DNA of 59,660 bases, filler included. It is 5 parts of 5 records of this genome, joined end to end, with 100 filler letters (N's around TTAATTAATTAA, not from the genome) between each part and the next. Parts side by side here need not be neighbours in the genome. Positions count along the whole stretch, not along the records: positions 17,669 to 38,391 come from SRR31156797_11173; 4 more parts are not named here. One strand, 5' to 3'. Position numbers and translations under genes: made by a program. The notes beneath the pieces are model-generated. The model saw only the letters and a list, made by a program, of their open reading frames with translations. It did not search any database and was not told where the DNA came from. This document shows positions 18,771 to 28,871 of the stretch, piece after piece (position 1 is the stretch's first letter; every line of letters begins with the position of its first letter).

Positions 18771-19883
18771 TTAGATCGTCAGGAATTTGACGCAGACCGG
18801 AGTCGGTACCGGCGTTGCCTGTCCGGTTGCGCTGAGGGTTCCGGATTCCGGATCGATGCGAAAGGCGATGATCTCGTCGGTATCCTGGTTTGCCGCCAGC
18901 AGGAAATGACCATCGGGATCGATGCCGAAGCTGCGTGGGGATTTTCCCCCGGTCGGTTCGTGACCGACCAGGTGGAGCGTCCCGTCGGCCGGATCGATCC
19001 GGAAGATGACGATGCTGTCGTGGCCGCGGTTCGAGGCATAGATGAACCGGCCCGACGGCGAAACCTGGATGTCGGCACAGGTGTTGTCGCCGTCGAACCC
19101 GTCGGGCAGGGATGACACAACCTGTACCATCCCGAAGGTTCCGGCCTTGCCGTCGTAGGACAGGGCCGATACCGTCGAATCCAGCTCGTTGACCAAGTAG
19201 GCGAAGGCGCCGCCGGGATGCAGCGCCACATGGCGGGGACCGGCCCCGGGGGTTGCCTTGATCCAGGGGACGTTGTTCGGTTCCAGCATTCCCCGTTGCG
19301 AATCGAGCCGGTAGACCATGAGCTTGTCGAGGCCGAGATCGGGAACGAAAGCAAACCGGTTGGTTTCGTCGAGCGTGACCGAATGCGCGTGCGGTCCTTT
19401 CTGGCGATTCGGGTCGATGCCCGATCCCAGGTGCTGGATGAAGTCGGAGGCCTTGCCGAGGCTGCCGTCGTCGCGGACCGGCAGGACGCAGACGCTGCCG
19501 CTCATGAAATTGGCGACGAAGACGTATTTGCCGGTGCCATCGACGATGACATGGCACGGGTCGGTGCCGTGGGTGAGTTGGCGGTTCAGGTACCGGAGGC
19601 TGCCGCTGTCCGGATCGACGGCGAATGCGCTGACGGTGCCCGACGGCTGGTCTTCGTAGGTCTTGAGCTCGTTGACGGCGTACAGGAAGCGCCGCGTTGG
19701 ATCGAATGCGAGATAGGACGGATTGACGACACCGGTAACCTTTTCGGTGAGTTCCATCGCGCCGGACGACGGATCCAGCCGGTAGATGTAAATTCCCTCG
19801 CCCTTGCCCTGCAGGACCTTGCCGGTCCCGAACAGGATGGGTTCCGTATAGGTGCCGACATAAACGAGCACGTTCTTACCCAT
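18771..19883 (-). CDS. Lactonase, 6-phosphogluconolactonase/YbhE beta-propeller family
   Basis: VYVGTYT, NPSYLA, PHAHS, DLGLDK, GAGPRH, YASNRGHDS; ATG at 19883. Confidence 0.92.
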   Translation of the reverse strand: MGKNVLVYVGTYTEPILFGTGKVLQGKGEGIYIYRLDPSSGAMELTEKVTGVVNPSYLAFDPTRRFLYAVNELKTYEDQPSGTVSAFAVDPDSGSLRYLNRQLTHGTDPCHVIVDGTGKYVFVANFMSGSVCVLPVRDDGSLGKASDFIQHLGSGIDPNRQKGPHAHSVTLDETNRFAFVPDLGLDKLMVYRLDSQRGMLEPNNVPWIKATPGAGPRHVALHPGGAFAYLVNELDSTVSALSYDGKAGTFGMVQVVSSLPDGFDGDNTCADIQVSPSGRFIYASNRGHDSIVIFRIDPADGTLHLVGHEPTGGKSPRSFGIDPDGHFLLAANQDTDEIIAFRIDPESGTLSATGQATPVPTPVCVKFLTI

Positions 19884-19982
19884 GGGATACGTCTCCAATC
19901 TGATCACACAAAATCCAACCCGGCCCAAAATCTCAAGTGTTTTGTCCCGACACCCAAAATCGGTATCGTCGGGCGGCGGGCG

Positions 19983-20010
19983 AAAAAAAGCGGGCCCACC
20001 GGACCCGCTT
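19983..20010 (-). terminator. Rho-independent terminator after dctP
   Basis: Minus strand AAGCGGGT-loop-GCCCGCTTTTTTT. Confidence 0.65.
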
Positions 20011-20033
20011 CATTCGACAAATCAACTTTCCGA

Positions 20034-21101
20034 TTATTTTTTCACCGCCCATTTGCGCGGCCATTTGTAGCCGTTCTCGGCAGCGATTTCCTGGAACCGG
20101 TTCATCATTTCCCAGCCGGGAAGACCCTTCGCTTCCATTTCGGCGGCCCACTCGGCCGGAATGTCGTCGACCTTGGACGCCCACATTGCCCGTTCGCTTT
20201 CCGGCAGTGTGAAGAAGGTGACGCCCTGCTTCGTCCAATCGTCCGTGATCCGCTGTTTCGCCTGAGGCGCCAGCACGTCGACCATGGCGATCTCGGCATC
20301 GCGACCGGTATCGAGCAGGATCTTCTGGATGTCGGCGGGAAGCGATTTGAACTTCTTGAGGTTCATCATCAGATCCCACGGATTGCCGACCATGGCGTTG
20401 ACCTCGACCAGGTTCTTGGCGAGTTCCTGCACCTTGAAGGCGTTCATGTGGGTGATCGGATGGAAGTCCATCTCGGTGACGCCCGATTGCAGCAGATTGT
20501 AACGTTCATGCATCGGGGCGACGACCGGGACCAGGCCGATCGCCTTCGCCCAGCGCCCGAAATACCGCCCGATCAGGCCGATCTTCTTGCCCTTGACCTG
20601 TTCGAGCGAAGTGACGGGGTCCTTGCTCGCAATGTGGTAAGGCATGGTGACGAAGTTCGACATCAGGATGCCGTTCTGATCCTCGACCTCTTTAAGGAGG
20701 ACCGGGAATTCGTCGTGCATCTGGCGGACGGCGCGCCCGACCATTTTCATGTCGGTCGGACCGAACGGAAACGCGTACATGAACGGCCCGAGCGGGGTCT
20801 TGCCGGGGGTGTAGATACGGCAGCCCAGAATCACATCGACCATACCCTTCTGCAGGATCTCGATATGGGCCGGGCCGGAGGCGAGCGACGCGCCCCAGAA
20901 CGTTTCGAAGGTGACGGCCCCGTTGGTCCGTTCCGTGACCTTATCCATCCACCACTTGGCGCCGTCACTGGCGAGCGAGCGTCCCGGAGGGGACGAAACC
21001 GCCGAAAACCTAAGCACAATATTGTCCGCGGCCTGTGCGAAGGCGGCGGTCATAACCGCGGCAGCGCTACAGGCTGCTACGAACATGCGCATCTTATTCA
21101 T
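20034..21101 (-). CDS. dctP: TRAP transporter substrate-binding protein DctP
   Basis: Signal peptide; KVTERTNGAV, LQSGVTE and KFKSLPADIQKILLD DctP motifs. Confidence 0.88.
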   Translation of the reverse strand: MNKMRMFVAACSAAAVMTAAFAQAADNIVLRFSAVSSPPGRSLASDGAKWWMDKVTERTNGAVTFETFWGASLASGPAHIEILQKGMVDVILGCRIYTPGKTPLGPFMYAFPFGPTDMKMVGRAVRQMHDEFPVLLKEVEDQNGILMSNFVTMPYHIASKDPVTSLEQVKGKKIGLIGRYFGRWAKAIGLVPVVAPMHERYNLLQSGVTEMDFHPITHMNAFKVQELAKNLVEVNAMVGNPWDLMMNLKKFKSLPADIQKILLDTGRDAEIAMVDVLAPQAKQRITDDWTKQGVTFFTLPESERAMWASKVDDIPAEWAAEMEAKGLPGWEMMNRFQEIAAENGYKWPRKWAVKK

Positions 21102-21177
21102 TGGACAACCTCCCGAAATCGAATCCGGCGAACCTTACCTGCACCGCGCATCCGGCCGCCGGGCTCGTTCAAAAAAT

Positions 21178-21219
21178 TTAACTGTTAACTTTTAACTCTT
21201 GACCCTAAATTTTGTCAAG
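21178..21219. promoter_or_regulatory. Divergent promoter/operator region between dctP and gntR
   Basis: TTAACT three times at 7-bp period (21178, 21185, 21192), then inverted repeat CTTGAC-N10-GTCAAG (21198-21219). Confidence 0.45.
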
Positions 21220-21261
21220 GTATTCTTGAGAAAGCAATTTTTCGGATTTACGGTCTGGCTT

Positions 21262-21987
21262 ATGGAATCCCAGAAAATCATCCACATGAACCTCAGCGAC
21301 AGGATCTTCGAGAACCTGAAGGAGAGGATTACGCGTTGGGAATTCCGCCCGGGCGAGCGCCTGATCGACAGCGAGATCGCCGAAACCTACGGCGTCAGCC
21401 GGAGCCTCGTGCGCAACGCCATCACCCTTCTCTCCAACGAAGGGCTGGTCGAGGTGCGCCGCCGCCGCTTCTACGTGGCCAGTTATTCGCAGAAAAACAT
21501 CCAGGACATCTTGGAATTGCGCCGGATGCTGGAATTGTCGGCGCTTGAGGCGGCGATCAACCGGACTTCGGACGAGGAATTGGCCGAGATTGAGGCGCGG
21601 ATGGCGGAAGCCGAACGTCTGGTTGCGGCCGGCAACCTCGAACAGTTCTACGCGCTCGACGTCGAGACCCATCGGCTGATCGTCGAGAAGGGCGAAAACG
21701 ACTACATCAAGAAGGTTTACGCCAATATCCAGACGATCCTGCGGATCGTGATCCGTTCCGACTTCGACAAGTATCCGAAGATTTCCGAGGCGTTCGCCGA
21801 GCACAAGGCGTTGTTCGAAGCCTGGAAGCGGCGGGATATCGCGGCCGCCACCGCCGCCCTTGACGTTCACCTTGCGGGGGCGGAAACGCGCGTCATGGAA
21901 AACTTCGCAAAAATTCACACCGACCTGGACGCGGCACGGCCCGCGCCGCGGCCCGTGGCAACCTCTGACAAGGAGAATATCGGATGA
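21262..21987 (+). CDS. GntR family transcriptional regulator (FCD domain)
   Basis: PGERL...IAETYGVSRSLVRNA HTH; ELRRMLE, H..I and EH FCD motifs. Confidence 0.93.
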   Translation: MESQKIIHMNLSDRIFENLKERITRWEFRPGERLIDSEIAETYGVSRSLVRNAITLLSNEGLVEVRRRRFYVASYSQKNIQDILELRRMLELSALEAAINRTSDEELAEIEARMAEAERLVAAGNLEQFYALDVETHRLIVEKGENDYIKKVYANIQTILRIVIRSDFDKYPKISEAFAEHKALFEAWKRRDIAAATAALDVHLAGAETRVMENFAKIHTDLDAARPAPRPVATSDKENIG

Positions 21988-23048
21988 AGGCGCTTGTCCT
22001 TACGAGTCCGGGAGAATTTGCGGTCCAAGAAGTCCCGGTTCCGAAACCGGGACCGCACGAAGTGCTTTGCCGAATCCGCGGCGTTGCGATCTGCGGCAGC
22101 GACCCGGAGATCATCCGCGGCGGACTTGCCGGCACCTGGCCGCCGTCGTATCCCTTCATCCCCGGGCACGAATGGTGCGGCGAGGTGGTTGAAACCGGCG
22201 ACGGCGTTATCGGTTACAAACCGGGAGACCGGGTCGCCGGCGAAGCCCACAAGGGTTGCGGATACTGCCGTAACTGTCTTCAGGGGCGTTACACCCTTTG
22301 CGAGAACTACGGCGTGCCGGAAACCGGCCATCGCCACTACGGCTTCGTTTCGCAAGGCGCCTATGCCCAATACAACGTCTATTCGATCCGCAGCATCAAT
22401 CACCTGCCGAAGGCGATTTCGTTTCGCGAAGGCGCCCTGGTCGATACCGCCGGCGTGACCTTGCACGGCATGGAACTGACCGGGGTTACGCCGGGCGGAA
22501 CCGTTGTCGTCATCGGCCCCGGCCCGATCGGCCTGATCGCGGTTCGCTTCGCCAAGGCAATGGGCGCCTCGCGCGTCATCGTCGTCGGGCGCGGCGCGCG
22601 CCTGAAGGCGGCGGCCGAAAAAGGCGCCGACGCCGTGATCGATTTTGAAAGCGAGGACCCGGTCGAGGCGGTGCGTGGCCTGACCGACGGCCTCGGCGTC
22701 GACGAGGCGTTCGAGTGCTCGGGCGCCGCCGGCACCTTCGATCAGGCCGTGCGGATGGTCCGCAAGGGCGGAAAGGTCTCGCTGCTCGGCGTGCCGCCGG
22801 ACACGGTCCGCGAGGAACTGCCGTTCAAATATATCGTCCACAACGAAATCGCGATCTTCGGGTCGCGGGCGAACCCGAACGTTTCGCGAAAGATCATCCA
22901 GATGATCGCCGCCGGCCAGGTCGCCGTGAAGGATCTGATCACGCACACCTTCCCGTTGGAGGATTTTGCGGAGGCGCTGGATACCTTCGTCGGACGCCGC
23001 GACGGCGCCATCAAGGTGGTTGTCGAGCCGAACGGACCGGAATCGTAA
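21984..23048 (+). CDS. Zn-dependent alcohol/polyol dehydrogenase (MDR)
   Basis: ICGSD, GHEW, CGYCRNC...C, GPGPIG; AGGAGA RBS. Confidence 0.93.
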   Translation: MKALVLTSPGEFAVQEVPVPKPGPHEVLCRIRGVAICGSDPEIIRGGLAGTWPPSYPFIPGHEWCGEVVETGDGVIGYKPGDRVAGEAHKGCGYCRNCLQGRYTLCENYGVPETGHRHYGFVSQGAYAQYNVYSIRSINHLPKAISFREGALVDTAGVTLHGMELTGVTPGGTVVVIGPGPIGLIAVRFAKAMGASRVIVVGRGARLKAAAEKGADAVIDFESEDPVEAVRGLTDGLGVDEAFECSGAAGTFDQAVRMVRKGGKVSLLGVPPDTVREELPFKYIVHNEIAIFGSRANPNVSRKIIQMIAAGQVAVKDLITHTFPLEDFAEALDTFVGRRDGAIKVVVEPNGPES

Positions 23049-23113
23049 ACAACAAGGGACGTGTCCGGCGCCTGAAATATCGAGACGGGCGGCGGGCCGG
23101 CGGGAAAGCATCA

Positions 23114-24112
23114 ATGGCGGCTGGATCATGCATTACCATCGTCGGCGCCGGGCTGATGGGCCCGGGTATCGCGGCCTCGGCCGCGCTTGCCGGTCACGAT
23201 GTGGTTCTGTTCGATGCCCTCGCGGGCAGGGCCGCCGAGGGGACGGCGACGGCGGCCGGCCACCTGAAACAACTGGCCGAAGGCGGCATCGTCACCGAAA
23301 CCGAATCGATCCTCGCGGCCAAGCGAATTCGCAGCGAAGCCAACGATCTGCGCAACGCGGTGGCCGGTTCGTTCTGGGTCATCGAGGCGATCACCGAGAA
23401 CCTTGAGGCGAAGCAGGCGTTGTTTCGTCAACTCGAGACCTATGTCGGGACCGACGTGATCCTGACCAGCAACACGTCCGGTCTGCGGATCTCGGACATC
23501 GCACAAGGACTGCGGCATCCCGAGCGGGCGGCGACGACCCATTTCTGGTTCCCCGGGCATATCGTCCCGCTGGTCGAGATCGTGATGGGCGAGAACACGC
23601 GCGAAGACGTCGCCGTGCGGATCAAGGACCTGTTGGCGGAATGGGGCAAGGCGCCGGTCCTGGTTCGCCGCGATCTTCCCGGCCAGCTTGCCAACCGCAT
23701 TCTCCAGGCGATCATCCGGGAAGCCAGCGCCATCGTCGATTCCGGCCTTGCCAGCGCCGAGGACGTGGATACCGCGGTAAAGCATGGAATGGGATTGCGG
23801 TTCCCGGTTTGGGGGCCGCTTGAACATGTCGATACGGTCGGCATCGACCTTTGCCTGTCGGTTCAGGACTCGGTTCTGCCGAGCCTGTACAATGAGCCGC
23901 GGGCGACGACGCTGTTTCGCCGGCTTGCGGAAACCGAGTGCAAGGGGGTCGGTACCGGTCAGGGCTTTCACGACTGGACGCAGCGGGACCACGCTGATCT
24001 GGTGATGCGGCGCGACCGCTTTCTTCTCGAGGCGTTGCGGTTGTTGGATCTGGGGCGGCCGCAGCGGCGGGCCGGGCAGGATGTCCCGGCGGCAGAGCCC
24101 GCTGAATCGTGA
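23114..24112 (+). CDS. 3-hydroxyacyl-CoA dehydrogenase family NAD-dependent dehydrogenase
   Basis: GAGLMGPGIA, IEAITENLEAK, SNTSG, HFWFP...LVE, PGQLANR; ATG at 23114. Confidence 0.88.
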   Translation: MAAGSCITIVGAGLMGPGIAASAALAGHDVVLFDALAGRAAEGTATAAGHLKQLAEGGIVTETESILAAKRIRSEANDLRNAVAGSFWVIEAITENLEAKQALFRQLETYVGTDVILTSNTSGLRISDIAQGLRHPERAATTHFWFPGHIVPLVEIVMGENTREDVAVRIKDLLAEWGKAPVLVRRDLPGQLANRILQAIIREASAIVDSGLASAEDVDTAVKHGMGLRFPVWGPLEHVDTVGIDLCLSVQDSVLPSLYNEPRATTLFRRLAETECKGVGTGQGFHDWTQRDHADLVMRRDRFLLEALRLLDLGRPQRRAGQDVPAAEPAES

Positions 24113-24123
24113 GGAACGCCACA

Positions 24124-24651
24124 ATGGTTCCACCGGAAAACAGTTTTTTGGACCGCATCGAACGATTGCTGAAGTATCTGCGGTTTGCCGGCGTCGTGGT
24201 TTCGGCGGCGGCCCTGTCCGGTGTCGTGGTCATGATCACGGCCGATACCTTTTTCCGTTACGTCTTCCTGCAACCGTTCCCGGCCACGGTCGAGATCAGT
24301 CAACTGGTCGAGCCCTACGTTATTTTCCTGCCGATGGCTTTTGCACTGGCGAGCGGCAGCCATGTCCGGGTGACGATGCTGACCGGCAGGCTGGGGCCGA
24401 CCGCCGGTTTCCTTAGCGACTGCCTTGCCTATGCGCTCGGTTTCGCATTCTTCGCGACCATGACCTATGTCAGCTGGATCAGTTTCTGGTCCTCCTTCGT
24501 CATCAACGAAACGGTCCTGGCGGCGATCAAGCTGTACTGGTGGTCGGGACGGTTCGGCATGCCGGTCGGAATGGCCCTGATTACCATCGAGTGCGCTTAC
24601 CAGTTCGTCCGCACGCTGCGCCGGGAAAATCCGGCGGCGCGGGGGGCCTGA
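24124..24651 (+). CDS. dctQ: TRAP transporter small permease DctQ
   Basis: Four TM helices, D.FFRY and GSHVRV motifs; GAGGA RBS. Confidence 0.88.
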   Translation: MVPPENSFLDRIERLLKYLRFAGVVVSAAALSGVVVMITADTFFRYVFLQPFPATVEISQLVEPYVIFLPMAFALASGSHVRVTMLTGRLGPTAGFLSDCLAYALGFAFFATMTYVSWISFWSSFVINETVLAAIKLYWWSGRFGMPVGMALITIECAYQFVRTLRRENPAARGA

Positions 24652-24654
24652 GCC

Positions 24655-25968
24655 ATGGATTCGCTGTCAATCGCCCTGGTCGGCATCGTCGCCCTGTTTA
24701 CCCTGCTCGCGTTCGGCGTTCACATCGGCATCGCGCTCGGCATCATCGGTTTTTTGGGCACCTGGGCCATCGTCGGGCTGGAAGCGGCGCTGTGGGGATC
24801 GGTCAACGTTTTCTACGACAAGGTCGCCTCGTTCGCCCTGCTGCCGGTTCCGATGTTCATCCTGATGGGTTACATGGCCTCGACCGGCAACCTCTCGACC
24901 AACATCTTCAACTCGCTGAACAAGTGGGTCGGCGGCATTCGCGGCGGCATCGGCATCGCCACCGTATCCAGTTGCACGCTGTTCGGGACGATCTGCGGGA
25001 CCTCGCTGGTGACCTCGTCGGTGTTCTCCGTCATCGCCGCGCCGGAGATGCGCACCCAAGGCATGGACAAGCGCCTTGCCTATGGGATCTGCGCGTCCTC
25101 GGGCCTTATCGGAATGCTGATCCCGCCGAGCATCCTGATGGTTGTGTACGGCGTTCTTTCGGGGGATTCGGTCGGCAAGCTGCTGGTCGCCGGAATTTCC
25201 CCGGGTCTGCTGCTGACCCTGATCTACGCGGCCGTGATTATCGTGTTGTTGAAGGTCAAGCCGGAACTGATGACATCGGACGGCGACGGCAGGGTGACTT
25301 GGCGCGAACGGATCGTCAGCCTGACCGGACTGTGGCCGGTCATCATCGTCGCCGCCGTCATCTTCGGCGGGCTGTTCGGGGGCGTCTTCACGCCGACCGA
25401 GGCCGCCGCCGTCGCCACCGTCGTGGTGTTTTTGATCATCGTCGCGACGAAGCGCCGAAACTTCGTCGCCGCCGTTTGGCCGGCGTTCATCGACACCACC
25501 AAGGTCTCGGCGATGATCTTCCTGATCTTCGGCGGTGCCGCGATTTTCAGTCAGTTCCTGGTTCTGTCGGGGGTTGCACCGAAGGCGGCGCAGTTGATCA
25601 TCGGCATGGACCTGTCCGTTTTCGGGTTCCTGATCGCCGTATCCCTGCTGTACCTCCTGCTTGGCTGCCTGCTCGACTCGATCTCCATGCTGTCGATCAC
25701 GATTCCGATTCTGCTGCCGGTGGTCCACGCGATGGGCATCGATCCGATCTGGTATGCGGTCGTGGTGATCATGGCGATCGAGATTGGCATGATTACGCCG
25801 CCGGTCGGGCTGTGCGTCTACGGCGCCAAGGCCGTCGCCGAACCCGACGTCACCCTGGAGGACGTATTTGCCGGCAGCTTCCCGTTTTTCGCGGCATCGC
25901 TCTTGGTTTTGATCCTCTACATTTTCGTCCCGAGCCTGAGCACGTTTTTGCCGGGTCTGATGAACTGA
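24655..25968 (+). CDS. dctM: TRAP transporter large permease DctM
   Basis: VPMFILMG, LIPPSI, GVFTPTEAAA, ITPPVG motifs. Confidence 0.95.
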   Translation: MDSLSIALVGIVALFTLLAFGVHIGIALGIIGFLGTWAIVGLEAALWGSVNVFYDKVASFALLPVPMFILMGYMASTGNLSTNIFNSLNKWVGGIRGGIGIATVSSCTLFGTICGTSLVTSSVFSVIAAPEMRTQGMDKRLAYGICASSGLIGMLIPPSILMVVYGVLSGDSVGKLLVAGISPGLLLTLIYAAVIIVLLKVKPELMTSDGDGRVTWRERIVSLTGLWPVIIVAAVIFGGLFGGVFTPTEAAAVATVVVFLIIVATKRRNFVAAVWPAFIDTTKVSAMIFLIFGGAAIFSQFLVLSGVAPKAAQLIIGMDLSVFGFLIAVSLLYLLLGCLLDSISMLSITIPILLPVVHAMGIDPIWYAVVVIMAIEIGMITPPVGLCVYGAKAVAEPDVTLEDVFAGSFPFFAASLLVLILYIFVPSLSTFLPGLMN

Positions 25969-25992
25969 TCCCGATTGCATCGAGGAAACGAT

Positions 25993-26379
25993 ATGGCCAG
26001 CAAATACCTGATCCGTCCCGGCGAAGGCCGCAACGAGCCGATCAAGGACCTGGACGGCGCGTCGAGGGAAATTCTGATCGATGAGAAGGAGGTCGATGCG
26101 GAAGACATCACCTTCGGATTCAGCCGGTTCGAACCGCACACGTCGATCCACAAAAAGCATACCCATCCCGAGGCCGAGGAGATCATGTACATCCTGAAAG
26201 GACGCGGGATGTCGGGGACCGGCGAGGAGGAGTACGAGGTCAATGCCGGCGATACCGTGTGGATTCCCCGCGGTGCCGTTCATTGGTTCTACAACCCGTT
26301 CGACGAGCCGTGCGAGTTCGTCTTCGTCTATACCCGCTCGTCGCTGGCAAATGCGGGCTATCGGCTGATGGGGGATTGA
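25993..26379 (+). CDS. Cupin domain protein
   Basis: HTHPEAEE.MYILKG and GD.VWIPRGAVH cupin motifs; GAGGA RBS. Confidence 0.9.
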   Translation: MASKYLIRPGEGRNEPIKDLDGASREILIDEKEVDAEDITFGFSRFEPHTSIHKKHTHPEAEEIMYILKGRGMSGTGEEEYEVNAGDTVWIPRGAVHWFYNPFDEPCEFVFVYTRSSLANAGYRLMGD

Positions 26380-26391
26380 GGAGGACGGCGC

Positions 26392-27294
26392 CTAAATGGC
26401 GCCGCGGGTTCCGACGTAGATCGCATACAGCGACGTCGTTGCGGTAATGAACAGGCGGTTGTTCTTGGGGCCGCCGAAGGTCAGGTTTGAAACCGCTTCG
26501 TCGATAGGGATTTCACCGAGCAGTTCCGCATTCGGCGAGAAGCACTGAACGCCGCCGCCGGTGCTGGTCCAGACGTTGCCTTCGCAATCGAGGCGGAAAC
26601 CGTCGGGGACGCCGTTGTCGATCTCGACAAATACGCGGGGCTTCGAAAGCTTTTTTTCACCGCTTGCGTCGAAGGCCCGGATATGGTGCGGGCCGTTTTG
26701 ATCATGGGATAGGCCGGTATCGGAAACGTAAAGAACGGTCTCGTCGGGTGAAAAGGCTAGGCCGTTCGGTTTGACAAAGTCGTCGGCCACGACCTCCAGG
26801 CAGCCGGAAACGGGATCGCAGCGATAGACGAAACACCCGGCCTGTTCCTGTTCCGCCTTTTTACCTTCGTAATCGCTGAGAATGCCGTAGGACGGATCCG
26901 TGAACCAGATGGTGCCGTCCGATTTGACGACGACGTCGTTGGGCGAATTCAACCTTTTGCCGGCGTAGGAATCGGCAATGACGGCTATCGATCCGTCCGC
27001 TTCGGTCCGGGTGACGCGACGGGTCAGATGCTCGCATGTGAGAAGACGGCCCTGCCGGTCCCGCGTATTGCCGTTCGAGTTGTTGGACGGGTCGCGGTAG
27101 ATGCGATGGCCGAGACCGTTGGCCCATTGGATCATGCGATTGTTGGGAATGTCGCTCCACAGCAGAAAATCGCCGTGCGGGAAATAAACCGGCCCTTCGG
27201 CCCACAACGTGTCGCCGTAAAGCCTTTCAAGCTTGGCCGTCGAAAGGGTCAGATGCAGAAAACGTTTGTCGTGGACCAGCAATGCGCCCGCCAT
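26392..27294 (-). CDS. SMP-30/gluconolactonase family protein
   Basis: WAEGPVY, WSDIPNNR, LNSPND, FTDPSYG, PNGLAFSPDE, PDGFRLD; ATG at 27294. Confidence 0.93.
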   Translation of the reverse strand: MAGALLVHDKRFLHLTLSTAKLERLYGDTLWAEGPVYFPHGDFLLWSDIPNNRMIQWANGLGHRIYRDPSNNSNGNTRDRQGRLLTCEHLTRRVTRTEADGSIAVIADSYAGKRLNSPNDVVVKSDGTIWFTDPSYGILSDYEGKKAEQEQAGCFVYRCDPVSGCLEVVADDFVKPNGLAFSPDETVLYVSDTGLSHDQNGPHHIRAFDASGEKKLSKPRVFVEIDNGVPDGFRLDCEGNVWTSTGGGVQCFSPNAELLGEIPIDEAVSNLTFGGPKNNRLFITATTSLYAIYVGTRGAI

Positions 27295-27405
27295 CGATAC
27301 CAACCCCGTTCGTGAAACCAAAGCCTTCCCCGAAAGGAACAGGGGAATGTTGTTTTGACCCAGCGTATGGAAACGGGTTCGGGGTCGTATGCGCGACAAA
27401 TCGAC

Positions 27406-27448
27406 ATGATGATGCGCCAAACTGCACACCTGGTTGCGGGTTTCCGCA
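27406..27448 (-). promoter_or_regulatory. Candidate activator box plus -10 for the gluconolactonase gene
   Basis: TGCGGAAACCCGCA on minus strand (27435-27448) with CATCAT 23 nt downstream; identical box at 29664. Confidence 0.55.
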
Positions 27449-27557
27449 ATCTCCGATACGGAGGCAAACCCGATTCCCGGGGAGGAGCGCTTTTCCGGAA
27501 GAGGTGTTCCGTGGTTAAATCCGATCCATGGGATCCATGGGAACAGGGGACCCGTCG

Positions 27558-28871
27558 ATGCCGAAAGATTCCGAGACGCTGGTCGACCGCTACCTGGCGA
27601 TTTCCCGGGCGATTGCCGGCCAGCTTGATTTCCAGAGCGTTCTGAGCCAGGTGGCGCACCAGGTCGACAGCCTGTTCCAGCCCGATCATATGGACGTCGC
27701 CATCATCCTGCCCGATCGCCGGGATTGTTGCGTTGCCTTCGAGGTCGGCGTCCACACCAAATGGGGAAGCACGGAAAGCCAGCTGATCGAGGCCAGCCCG
27801 GTTCGAAGCCTTCTGTTGGGCGAAGTCCCGTATCTGTTGACCGACGATGCCTGGAAAGACGACCGGTTTCATTTCAACGGTGCATTCGATTCGCCGATAT
27901 TCGATGCCAAGCTTCATAGCCGCCTGCACGTGCCTTTGCATGTGCATGGGGTCATCCACGGTTCGTTGAACATCTCCAGCCACCAAAAGGCCCGGTATTC
28001 GGACGACGATGTGATCGCCGCCCAACAGGTGGCGGATCTGTTGGCGCCTTATTTTTATGCACTGATCCGCGGCGATCAGGCACAGAAAGCGGCTTTGGCG
28101 GAGGGCGCGGCAAGGGGGCGCGAGGAGGCCTTGCGGCTCGGCGCCCTGCGTCTGACCGAAGGCATGGAAAAGGAACGCAGGCGGCTGGGTATGGACCTTC
28201 ACGACCAGACATTGGCCGACCTGACACGGATTTCGCGCCATGCCTCTCGGATCTGCCGGCAACGGGTGCCGGCGGCGGCCCAGATTGCCGAACTGCGCGA
28301 TGAAATTTCCACCTGTATCAGCGAGTTGCGCCGAATCATCGAAGATACCCGGCCCGGCGTGATGGAGCTGTTCGGTTTCACGCAAGCGGTCGAGGCGCAG
28401 CTCGAACGTTCGGTCGCCGGGATCGTTCCGAAAATCGCAATCGAGGTTCATGACGGCACCGATTCCCTTCTGGACAGCGAACCGGAATCCCTTCGCACGA
28501 CCCTTTTTCGAATCGTCCAGGAGGCGATCAACAATGCCGTTCGGCACGGCGCCCCGACGCGTCTGACGGTCGATATCGACGTCGACGCGTTGTTTCTTCG
28601 AATCGAGGTCGTGGACAACGGGTCCGGAATCGATCCGCATGACGATCGGCCGGTCAGCGGGCTCGACAACATGCGCGTCCGTGCCGCCTTGATTTCGGCG
28701 CAGATCGACGTGTCAACGGGTCCGGAAAACCGCGGAACACGGGTGACCGTGCGGGTCCCGCGCGGGGAACTGGCCGCCGAGGCAACCGCGGCCGAAGATT
28801 GTGCCGACCGGGAAATCGGCCTCCGGTCGGTATTTGAACATGCGTCCAACCAACCTTGGGGCGACAGATGA
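27558..28871 (+). CDS. Cytoplasmic GAF-domain sensor histidine kinase (HisKA_3)
   Basis: N-terminal GAF, ERRRLGMDLHD H-box, FRIVQEAINNAVRH, DNGSG; no TM segments. Confidence 0.9.
   Translation: MPKDSETLVDRYLAISRAIAGQLDFQSVLSQVAHQVDSLFQPDHMDVAIILPDRRDCCVAFEVGVHTKWGSTESQLIEASPVRSLLLGEVPYLLTDDAWKDDRFHFNGAFDSPIFDAKLHSRLHVPLHVHGVIHGSLNISSHQKARYSDDDVIAAQQVADLLAPYFYALIRGDQAQKAALAEGAARGREEALRLGALRLTEGMEKERRRLGMDLHDQTLADLTRISRHASRICRQRVPAAAQIAELRDEISTCISELRRIIEDTRPGVMELFGFTQAVEAQLERSVAGIVPKIAIEVHDGTDSLLDSEPESLRTTLFRIVQEAINNAVRHGAPTRLTVDIDVDALFLRIEVVDNGSGIDPHDDRPVSGLDNMRVRAALISAQIDVSTGPENRGTRVTVRVPRGELAAEATAAEDCADREIGLRSVFEHASNQPWGDR

Noticed and set aside
21178-21197. CtrA box
   Set aside because: TTAA half-sites are separated by 3 or 10 nt, not the required 7.
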